A stretch of 64,000 nt of DNA from Hyphochytrium catenoides (lineage: Eukaryota > Protista > Hyphochytriomycota): the NCBI GenBank assembly GCA_900088475.1, contig FLMG01003917.1, positions 1-64,000 on the forward strand, read 5' to 3'. Under the pieces are notes generated by a model. That model made no database searches. It was not told where the DNA came from and saw only the letters and a program-made list of their open reading frames with translations. This document shows, one piece after another, positions 25,201-36,000 of the stretch. Numbering within the stretch: the first letter of the stretch is position 1; each line of letters starts with the position of its first letter. Made by a program: the position numbers and the translations under genes.

Positions 25201-25817
25201 AGGCAATGCCGGGGCGACAATGGTACCCCGAGTCTATACGCTTTGATGAACTTATCTCCTGTCATTCTAGCTCTTGCCCTGCCGGAACTCCACCTACGAT
25301 AGCTCCGTCACCTTCTTCTTGCCTTGTCGCCCATCTGCCATACTATATCTCTGCGATCGCACCCTCGCAACTCTGTACTCTGTGCCATTATACTCCGCCA
25401 TACCAAAAGCGCCTCTGCCTATAAATGTTCATATCTGCTCCCACTTCCTTCGACAGAGCACTATTGCTGATCCCCGCGTGAGACTGCTGAACCATGCAGC
25501 GATAGTCACGTATGTCCGGCTTGTGCAGGTAAGGAGATAGGGGCCTTCTTTAGAAGGAGCTATGCAAGAGAGCTAGATAGATAAAGGAGAGAGAATCAGG
25601 ACACACGGAGTTAAAGAGTGAGGAGACAGCAGATTGGGGGATAATGGTGGCATGAAGGCAGTCATCTCTCAGCCATGCTCATTCAGTCTCTCTGTAGCAT
25701 GAGAACAATGGAAAGTTCCACACTTCAAGCTATGAGGAGACCCGTGTTTGGGAGCAGCAAAGTGATGGCTCTTGGAAGCACAGTCACTTCCATAGATCTA
25801 AGCCTCCTGCTTCGTAA
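22236..25817 (+). CDS. UMP-CMP kinase (adenylate kinase family) fused to a C-terminal CaMKII association (hub) domain, with an N-terminal transit-like extension; about 15 exons
   Basis: Kinase exons: [19 protein letters not shown]|[16 protein letters not shown]|[11 protein letters not shown]|[18 protein letters not shown]. Hub exons: ITQ|[15 protein letters not shown]|[20 protein letters not shown]|GLKFHEFYF...[11 protein letters not shown]...IVTYVRLVQ|...[22 protein letters not shown]. All junctions are GT-AG and in frame. Stop TAA at 25815-25817. Confidence 0.88.
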
Positions 25818-27105
25818 CGCTAACGCACACCATACCAGGTGCCCATATATATTATAATAATGGCATTAGCGATCATCCCATCGTCTTTCTATGTTACGCT
25901 TGCGCTGGTCTCAAATAGGCTGATGCTTCAACAATTTCTGTCAAAGATTCTTCACTTCTACCTCGTAGGAGAGCAGAGCCGCGATAACAGCTATAAAAAA
26001 CGCCACCGACACACAATGTAGGAGGCCGCCATCGTTTATCTATGGCCAAAGACTGCACTGTTCCTCCTGGCTCTCTCGCCCTTTGACCCCACACATCAAG
26101 CAATTGACCTTCATTTGCAAACAAAGGAAAGAGGGCCCGGCCGCCCCTCAAATTGGACTCATCATCAAGTATCTTAGTGCGTTAGCACTTTCCTGGCGCT
26201 CATCTTGCTCTTCTTGTCGTCTTCCACCGTTCAAGCGCCACGTCAAGCCACGATCATCCGCCGTCAGAACCTGCAAGAGAGGCGGGCATCTTCTTGGAAT
26301 CATCATCACACCGTTAGAGGCTCACCATTCTCTCGCTGAATTTACTTCTTGTCAGATATCAGGCTAAGCTGCAATCTAAAACGTGAATTACCGTGACAGA
26401 TAATGCGAATCTGGGCTTTATTTGACAGAGAGATGGCTGTTTTGCTATTGAACTACTAAATATAAGATAATTTACATATTTGGTGATGATTGTGAGAGGC
26501 GAAGATGGCGGAGCCTTTAGCGCTCTGTCTCGCTGGCAATCCATCCTTTCTTTCTGCTGGCATCACTTTCTGTATGGTCCGCTCAAGGCCCTTCCTTCTT
26601 TCCTCATGCGGCTCTCATGAACTTTCTCTAGGAAGGGCACAGCGTGATGATGGGTTACTTCTTCTGTCCTTTTCTCTCTACTGGGCCTGTTGCGTGCAGG
26701 GAAGGAATGATGCCGAACCACCATCCTCCTGCTGCCTTCTAGGAAAGGAAGTCTACGAGATTTCCTTGTGGTCCAACGTAGCATCATCTTTAGCCAACAC
26801 TTCCTCTCTCGCTTCTATCCATCTCCTCAGCTCTAATCGTCCCTCCCTCCGTTTCACTTGGTGTCTCTCTTGACGTTGACGATCGGAAAGACGCTTCCAC
26901 TACGACTCATCGACTCATCGGGCCACCGTCGCGGGGGCTGTCTCTTCAGGATGACATTACGGAAAGCTGGTTGCGAGAGAGAAGTAGAGTCATCTAGCTT
27001 CTTTCTCCTCAGTTCTAGGACAAGCCCTCTTCTTAGTCTTATAACTCGGAATAGTTAGTAGGACGAAGAGGCTATCTAGCGCGGAGCGAACACTGAGTTT
27101 GCAGA

Positions 27106-30100
27106 ATGGAGCAAGACGAGGCGCCACCGCCATTGTTTGCCTACCTGCATTCTTCTCCGATTGTGAATGTTCTACCTTCTAATGAGACGGTGAGGCTGGC
27201 AGTCTTGGTAGCTCCGACGTTGCTCTTTTTCTTCTCCGTCTTTACTCGGTTAGTCTCTCTAATCTACATTACCTGCTCAGGCCTGAGTCGCTTACACTCC
27301 TTGCTGGCTCTCTTTCTGTCGCTTGCCCTCGTAGATTTGATTGTCTTCATTCCTCTCTATCATTAGCGCTTGCCTTCTTGACTGTCTCTCTTCAGGTCCC
27401 TGTCGATTTATTGGATGTGAATAGGGAGAAGAGTTTCATTTTTGAGTGCGTGCGGAATAGCAGGAAGAGGATAAGATGGGAGGCAAACGTGGCTACTATC
27501 CGGACTTTTTCAGGGGTTATGGCCAAAGGTAGCATGTCCATGAAAGCTTTCATGATAACAGCGGTCTCAATTTTCCTTTCTTCTTTTATGGGTGGCCTCC
27601 CCTTACAATCTGTTCACTCGCCCTCACGGTATCCGTTAAGTTTCCTCTTAGGTATAGACCCGCACCGTTGCTCCCGTCGTTGCCGATATGCCTTTAGGTC
27701 ACTCTTGCACTCTTCACCAGTGCTGCCATTCTCATCCTCAGCTTCTTAGGTTGTCGCATCCTACATTTCTCTGGCCATGGATTGCCGGGGTTTATCACCT
27801 TTGAAACCTCCGATGGTGCAGCGCACTTGTTGACCGAGGATCAACTCAAGAAGAATATTATGCCCCACAATGACGATGGCGAACGACCGGAAACGAAGCT
27901 AGTCTTTATTAGCGCTTGGTCAGACTTCATCCGCAGATGTGCTGCTTCTTATCTCTTCTCGGTCGCACTGACTGCATTGACCACATGCTTCTTGATTCTT
28001 TGAATCGGTCGCCCTCAAGGCGAGCTACGTTTAACTTAGTTCCTCTCTGTCTTGTTTAGCCCAGTGAACTCTCCGGCGCACTTGGGGCCAGCCACCTTGT
28101 CCATTTGTTTGCTTGTCCTCCACTTTACTTCTTATGTTTCATTCTATGCATGAAGGTATTCTCACCATTTCGACCTCTTCTACCCGTTTTCTCTTGAAAT
28201 CGTCTCTCACTTGTGACCAGCCACTCCGAGAGTATTGCCAACGCCTTCGTGGCCGCCGGAGTCCCTCATGTGGTTGCCATCACTTTAGACGCCAAAGTCC
28301 TAGACCAGGCAACCATTGAGTTCTCTCTCAACTTCTACCAGCACCTTCTGGTGAGCCTTATGTCAGTTTTGGTTGCAGTCGTTCCTCTTTGCTGTTGTCC
28401 CATACCCTTGCCGCTAGTCAAGGCACTATAAAATGCCTGCCATGGTCTGCTTAGCGTGACTGCAACCTCATATTCGCATTACTAACGCCTTCCATGGCCG
28501 ATGGCTGTATGATCAGAGTGGCAAGACAGTCCGGCAATCGTTTGACATGAGCAGAGTAAGACGCATATTTGGGATTTGAGCACACTCCTTTGTCCTGCTA
28601 ATATTTTTTGTCACTTATCTTGGACGTCCCTATCTTCCGTCCTTCTACGTTCCTCTTTCACGCACCGGAAACTTATATCAAAAATGTCACCTACTCTAGC
28701 GCCTGCTGGAAGTAAGTGAGGATAGGCAGCGTCGCACGGAAAACATCAAGTTTAAACTCTTGCCGGAAGAGGCAGATCATAATATAGGTAAAGTCTCTTC
28801 AACTACCTAGACGGCTACAGCCCTTTATTCACTTTCCTAGCTCGCTGGTTAGCCAGCTTGTTTTATTTATTCCTTTCCACGGCGTTACGGACTTAGTCTC
28901 TTAGCATCACTTCGCCCTGTAGTTGAACTCATTACCATGTCTCAGCGCCCTCTCAGTAAAACTTTTGTCTAACCCAACTTCGCGATAGGGATCTTGAAAG
29001 ATCTGCGAGAAGGGACCGTGCTTGATATATCAGAGTAGGCCTCCTAATCCTTCCTTTAGTATATGATCTGTGGAGTCTCTATTCTGCTGTTTTCCTGGCT
29101 TCCGATTGCACCTCTAGCTAGCGGTTAGTGTTCAAACCTCTAATCAGCCCAATCTCATCACCAGGCCGCCGAGTATAAATCTTTGCGATGCATCCCCAGA
29201 CATGAGTTTGTTTATCGGGAGATCTCTGCCAATGTTTCAGCTATTCAGAGCATTTCACCAGCCTCCCCGATTGGTATGCCTGTATAGCTCCATGAGGAGT
29301 GACACTGTAATCTTGAGCCCCCTTCTGCTACTCTTCCTTATTTCGTTCCTCCATGCCAGCTTCAAGTTATGGGACCTTGCTAGTGCTTTTGTCAAACTGC
29401 TTCTTGTCCACCTGCGGGTATGCTCGCTTAGAACGTGTTCCTCTGGATCCTGGAAACAAAGCGTCGTTTTAGCTGGTCGAGCGCTAACTGCTTTCCATCT
29501 CCCTTTAGATCACGATTCTTGGAATGGCAGGGATAGGCAAAAGTCAACTAGCTCTAAGAGCTTGCCATTACGCAGCAGAGAGGCGATGGTTCCATTCGCT
29601 GTATTTCTTAAGAATAGGCGATGTCGAGGTCCGCTTTTTCTCCTGTCAAACATGTTTGGCCTTGACCATGACGTCCAAGCTGCTGTTCCCTGCGCTTACC
29701 TCCATTGTCTTTGGGCGGAAGATATTATTGTCCATTGCAGCTTCCTTTCCTTTCGATGCACAAGCATCACTCCTCGGATACAACTTCCAATCCGTATGTG
29801 TCCTTACTCTATGATCAACTTTTGCTACAGTTATCTACGGAAGGGCTTCTCACGGCATTTGCTAGAGCTCTCAAGCTGCCATACGGGTCGCTTGAGGTGT
29901 TCATGGCCGCGTTGAGGGGAAAATTTGATGGATCGAGCAGGTGATGCGGTTGTTATCGTGCACGACCATTATCCATCAGTGTATTAATTGATTGTATTGT
30001 TCCGTGCTTCGATTATGCCGCATTCTAAACTGCTGCTGAAACCTCTTTACAGGTCTCTGCTACTGATTGATGGATGTACAGAGCGAACAGTGGGTGACTC

Positions 30101-32869
30101 ACTGTTTAGAGACTTCCTCATGAATGTCCACAACCGGAGCACAGCGCTTAAGCTCCTCCTTACAAGCACTCAGAAGGTTTCCTATTATGCTTTTGCTGCC
30201 TAAATAGCCATCTTCTAAGTCTCCGTTATGAAATGTATGGGAACGTCGTTAACATGACTCTCATAGAACTTGTTGTTTTGAATACATATGCAACTTTGCG
30301 AACTGCTTATTCTTGCGTGCATATAGTTGGGCCACATCAAGGATCTCGCTGAGAAGGTTATCAGCATTGATCGCTTTTCGGACTTCGAAGCGGCGATGGT
30401 GTTTTGCAAGAGATCTCCCAGGTAAGTCTTTACTGTCGCTTATCTCGTCTTCGTCTACACAGTACTAAGGCGGTGCGGCCGCGCCTCAACAATCTTTGAA
30501 ATGGTATTGTCTCACTATTAGCGAGCCTTGAATGCAGTTTGTGCTTCACGCGTCCCGACCGGCCTAGCGTTCCAATGTTTCTCACAACTAGCACTATTTC
30601 TGATGTCTCTTGTCTGCTATGCAACTTGGGCACCAGAGCTCTGACCCCAGAAGAGATGTGTGGTGATCCTTGCCCTCCCAGAGGATATCCTGCTAGCTTT
30701 CTTTACCAGAAGTTGGGCGAGCAGGCAGTGCTACAGAAATGCAGTATGACTTCAAACATTCTCAAGCCTATCAATGTGCCACTTTCTCATAAGAGTCTGA
30801 ATAAGCGTGGACCTTCTCCTGTTTGATTCTCTCGGTACGATGTCGTCCTTCCTACCACTTACCACTATTTGAATTGCGCTAGTGGGCCACCCTGAGGTAT
30901 TGGCAAGGGTGGCAAGTGAGCTACTAGGAAAAGACCTGCGTCTCCATCGGAAGGAGCTTGAGGCTATGGCAGACAGGGAGGTCAAGAAAGTCGATAGAAG
31001 GAGAAGAGTCGCCCGTTTGAGTGGGTCCATCTGGTAACGGACCAAGCACGCTTTCTGTCTACTCACTCGCAGCCCTAATCCGTCGGTCCAATCGCCTCCT
31101 GTTACTTTTCACTTACGTTACTAACAGGTCCGGCTATCATGCTTATGTTCTGCAGAGGTTGGAAGGAAATGAGGAAGGTAAGTGCGGGAAAGATACATGG
31201 TCCTTAGCGAGAGAGGAGCATTCGCTGTGTTCTTGTAGAACCGTACATATGATGCCTGAATCACTTTTCACTTCTTTTGTCATAAGGTACTCTTGTATGG
31301 CTCCAAGCTCTTGAGCGCTTTATGCAGTCCGACGCAATGGCTGGCGTCGCAGTAGGGAAGCTTTTGCGAAGTACAAAGCAAGATTCGGTAAGAAAGTTTG
31401 ACAGGTTTGTCAACTTCTACGTGTTAACTGCTCTCTCTTTTGCATCAAGGGCTCTACTTCCCTTCCTCCTAAATTGCAGACTGGGGCCCTTCCTCACAAC
31501 TCACGTAATACTCCCATGTGCAGGGCTCTAACCGGGACGCGGAGACTGAGAATAGTTATGACCATGCTGCAGAAGACCCTTTACCTTCCCCTCCCTCGAT
31601 CTCTTCCTCAACACATCGTGTGGGCTCGGTCTCTTCCTCTTCCCCTACTTCTCTCGCCACGTTGTCTCTCTCTGAGGAGGGGTTGAGCTTCAAATTCCTG
31701 GTCCCCGAGCTTCAAGAGTATTTCTACGATCTTGTGCCCGAAGCATGTCATAGACCTCTCTCTGAAAATGGGCTTTGGTTCATGCGAAATCAGGATAAAA
31801 TATGGGGGCATAATGGGACAAGAGGTGAGAAAGAGACGGCTGCAGTTTCACCTCAAAGGGACTGAGAGTTATTGATGACAGTGTTGACCAAGCCACAAAT
31901 GGCGTAAAAGGCGATGTTCTTGGGCGGGGTAAACAAAAGCTCATGAACAGAGGGTGAAGTGGGATTTCGGGTATCAGTGATGAGTCAATAAGGAAGAGCC
32001 AAAGGACAAATGAATCTGTGAGGAACTGAGGGTTATCTTACCATCTACTTGGCAGGTCGCTCTCTGGTGACACTTGAGGAGTTCTGTCACTTTTGGAAGT
32101 GGTTTGCGGCCTTGATACCATGTCTTGCGGACGCACAAGGTGGCACTTTCTCCTTGTCTTCAACCTTTCCCGTTCAGTTCTGTCTTCGTCTAGCCTATGA
32201 CGTTTGTACTTCTCTCGGGTGCCAGCCGTGTTCTTGCACAATTTCTCGTCACGAAGGACCCCATATTCCTAACCTTATGAGCGTAGGTCTATATCTCCCT
32301 AATGGTGTCAGCTAATACTCTCTGATATCAGGTTTATGGGAATCGTACGTTATTTTGGGCTTTATAGGTGGTCAGAGATGCTCTGAGCTTTTGCAGGACG
32401 CTGGGCAGTTCCTGGTCCGCTTCTCTTTTACGAATAGGGGTGCCCTTGTGTTGTCCTACAGAGACCATCAGAAGAGATTAAGGGTCAGTCAAATAGATAT
32501 TTACTCGCTACTAAGTCTACTGCATCTATTTGACTCACGCACCCCGTCTAACCCAATTCGTGTCTCTGCAGGAGGCGCTTATCCATTACTCACCGAGCTC
32601 TGGGTACAGAGTGCTGGTACGTGCAACATGATCACTGGTGAGGACACTTAACCGGCTCACATTCTCTCTCCCTTTCTCTTCTCTGACAATGCCTCCTGTT
32701 TAATCCCTTCCTGTTCTGAATGGAATTATCTCCTTGCGACAAGGTTGATCAGAGGGAAGAGACCTTTCCAACTTTGGCAAAGCTGCTTCAAAGTTTACCA
32801 GTGTTGACCTCAATACTTCTCTGGAACAAAAACAAATTTGTCCCAAAGGAAAGGGTACTGCATTTATGA
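27106..32869 (+). CDS. CHAT (caspase-like) protease - STAND/NB-ARC-like NTPase - STAT-type linker/SH2 protein, paralog A; about 20 exons
   Basis: CHAT: ILHFSGHG (about 27758-27781) and LVFISAC|HS, with the Cys codon split at 27918|28221. NTPase: FIGR, Walker A GMAGIGKS (29521-29544), Walker B LLLIDG, KLLLTS and a GHP (GxP) motif. SH2: FWKWF...LW...ILGFI...GQFLVRFS...ALVLSY. Stop TGA at 32867-32869. Confidence 0.85.
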
Positions 32870-33094
32870 AGTAGGCAGCCTAATGTATGATCACCAGAAT
32901 CCTAAGTGGACACTCCGATCACGTCTGAAATCTATTGTATGTTAATTTGTCTCCTCGAGCCATTATCGAGGAAGTGAGGCATAAGCGAAGGGCGGGATAA
33001 GAAGGGGGGACCCTTGTGTTCACAGTCTATATGTTTATTTTAACTTTAAGGTCCTATATGTTTGTCTTCACTTTGTTTACGCGAAAGTTTATTT

Positions 33095-36000
33095 CTATTC
33101 AGGAGCTGGCGGTTCTAAGCCATCTATTGCTTCACTTCCGCTTTGACAAACACTCAGTGCTTCGAACTTACTAATAAACATCGGATCCACATAGCAGTAC
33201 ATCTCCTTTAGAAAGCGGCAGTCTTCCAATAGCGACGCAAGGGAGTCGAAAGATCGGGTAGTACCATCATCAAACTGACATTACGGTGAAAAGGGAGGTG
33301 ATTAGTCATTACACTTCGACAAGACGGAGAGCATAGGCGATGATATAACAAAGCCTACACTTCATCTCGCCATCCACCAATGTCAGCGGACTTAAGAGAA
33401 ATAATGTGAAGATGGAGCATTGATTACCTACCGCAAGATGAAACATTCTGCGTGCGTAATGTACCCGAGAATGTCTAACTCTGCTCAAATCTTGCTCTCC
33501 ACTTCTCCTCTCGTGGTGTCGTCCCCCGCAATAGGAAAGGACGAGGGCCCGCGGGAAGGAGAAAGAGAATCGCAAAAGGAACTGGCCTGGGCAAGTTAAA
33601 ACCTGCTCAGCTGCCGCTTTACTTATAAAGCCAATCAGATAACGAGAGTGCCAAAGGGCAGCTGAGGCAGGTAGTTCGAGCAGAGGAAGTAACGAGGAGA
33701 ACCAGCTCCAGAAGCACTTGAACTGGTCTATCGTTACATATCCTGCAAACATAGTGAGCAATGTTAGACCGCAAGTGTAAGGAGGGAGTAGAGTACCACA
33801 AGCAGTCGGAGAGGGAGGCAAGACCCAAGAGTTACCCAGCAAGTTCTTCTCACCTCCCTGATTCTCAATATCAGTTCGACTCCAAAGGGCCCTCTGACCC
33901 TTGAGAAATAACAGAGCACCATGAGACAGTGTGCGAACTTCATGACAGTGTGACAGCGCAACGCCAGCGTGGGCCACTCGTTCGTCAAAATAATCCTTCA
34001 CTTGCTCTGACAATCTGAACAGTGCAAAAAGAACATGACAGAAGAAGGAAAACAGGTAAATGAGAACAAAGCACGTGCCAAACTAGAAAGGGGGCGTCAG
34101 CTCACACATCATAGTGTACACAGATAGGTTGAAGTCTGCCAATTCCGCCCCACGTTCTCTCCAATCNNNNNNNNNNNNNNNNNNNNNNNNNNNNNNNNNN
34201 NNNNNNNNNNNNNNNNNNNNNNNNNNNNNNNNNNNNNNNNNNNNNAAGCTAATGCTCCTAGCAGCAGTGCATATTGCGCCTGGATGTCCACCTGAACAAA
34301 TTGATGGTTACCTAAACGCCGCCCCAACAACTCGTAGGGATGGCAGTCCCACCCAACGACAGAGGTAGAAAACAAGATCAGTGCCGTTTCTCATATACCT
34401 AATGTTCGCAGCACTGGGTGTGCAGCAAGAAGCTTCAGCGAGTGTCTCGTTGAGCGGATGGTTGCCTTGTCTTCTACAGCCAACAGGTCCGTGTGCTGAA
34501 GTTTCCTAGTCATAGAGTATGTTACCTAATCAGCATCGTTGAGGAGTATCACCGTGCCTTTCCAATTTTCCTCTCCCATATCTTGTCAGTGGGTGGACCC
34601 CCGTCTTCGAATCGACATCTGAGCTCACCTAGGTAATCTCTCCAGAAATAACTGAGTCGAGCTGTTAACCTCCTCTTGATTAGCCCCCGTAAGAGGGAGC
34701 GGCTCCAAACTAATAATGCCAGTGGAGAAGTCTGGCAAGAGGGAAGAGACCTGGAGGAAAGGGAGATGAGTCTCCTTCGATGAGCATAATTCTGACCAAC
34801 ATTAACCACTAGAGGAAACGGATTGATCAACGAATTACCTGTTCAGGTTCTGTCCTTGCGGTTATTACGATCTTGAGGTCCTCCTTTAGCTTCTTCAGTT
34901 CGCTCAGGACCCGTCTAAGACAATTAAGTTGCTGCTCACCAAGAGTTGAGTGAAAGATTGCTGAAGAGACTCCATCAACCAAAAGGATGCATCTGCATAT
35001 GGATAGACGAATAATCATGACAAACGTCAGCATATCTGAGAGTAGGTTGGAGGACAAAGATAGTTGGTAGGGAGTCTGACTGCGAAGCACATAGGTGATC
35101 ATTTCTCCGGTCAGGCAGTGTGGTGCAAAATGGCCAGCCATTCAAGTGTGAAGGCACCATGCACAGGCAAGAGTATGAACATAGTTTGAGATGGTGGGAA
35201 TATTATGCAACCCAAATCTCATAATGCTTTGTAAGAAGCTTCCAATCAGGACTTCAACCAATAGACAAAAACTCGNNNNNNNNNNNNNNNNNNNNNNNNN
35301 NNNNNNNNNNNNNNNNNNNNNNNNNNNNNNNNNNNNNNNNNNNNNNNNNNNNNNNNNNNNNNNNNNNNNNNNNNNNNNNNNNNNNNNNNNNTCGACAAAG
35401 CATCAACCGCCAGGGGATCAAATTGCTATTCGAAGCGTTAATATCCCCTTTTCCGCCGTGGCTTGTCATATAAGAGAAACCTTCTGCTGCTTGAAGACAA
35501 AGATACCGCTACTCTTGGTAGAAAATGTCTCTAGGTGTACTCCACTCCCCTTTTGGTTGTGCGCCCCCTTACCTCCTGGTTCTCCAATCGGACAGTGAAG
35601 AAGCAGTCGAAAGAGGTTCTGTCTTCTAAATGCTTCATAACTTGCAGAGCGAGCTCCGTCTTTCCTATTCCTGCCGATCCTGTGATGATAACCTACAAGT
35701 GAGGAACGTAGTACCGGCCAGCGCTTATTAGGTTCCAGAGTGCGATGGAGAGTGAAACAGACCCTAATGGACCCAGCGGTCCAGGACAACGCTTCAATGT
35801 GACATACCACATGCTTTTGCATGAGGAGCTGAAGTGTCTCTCTGACACAGGCTGATCGACCGACGAAAAAGGGTTGAGGTGTAAGTCCGTTTACTCTTTT
35901 GGGCTTCCTACAGGTAAGGGCAGAGTCAACCTATCTTCAACATTCAAACAACATTCAGAAGCCTATCTTTGCTTAGAATTGCTGTCAGTGTTTTTCTCTT

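Noticed and set aside
27901-27921. Apparent inactive CHAT protease (FISAW in the ORF track)
   Set aside because: The Trp comes from reading into an intron; splicing restores Cys.
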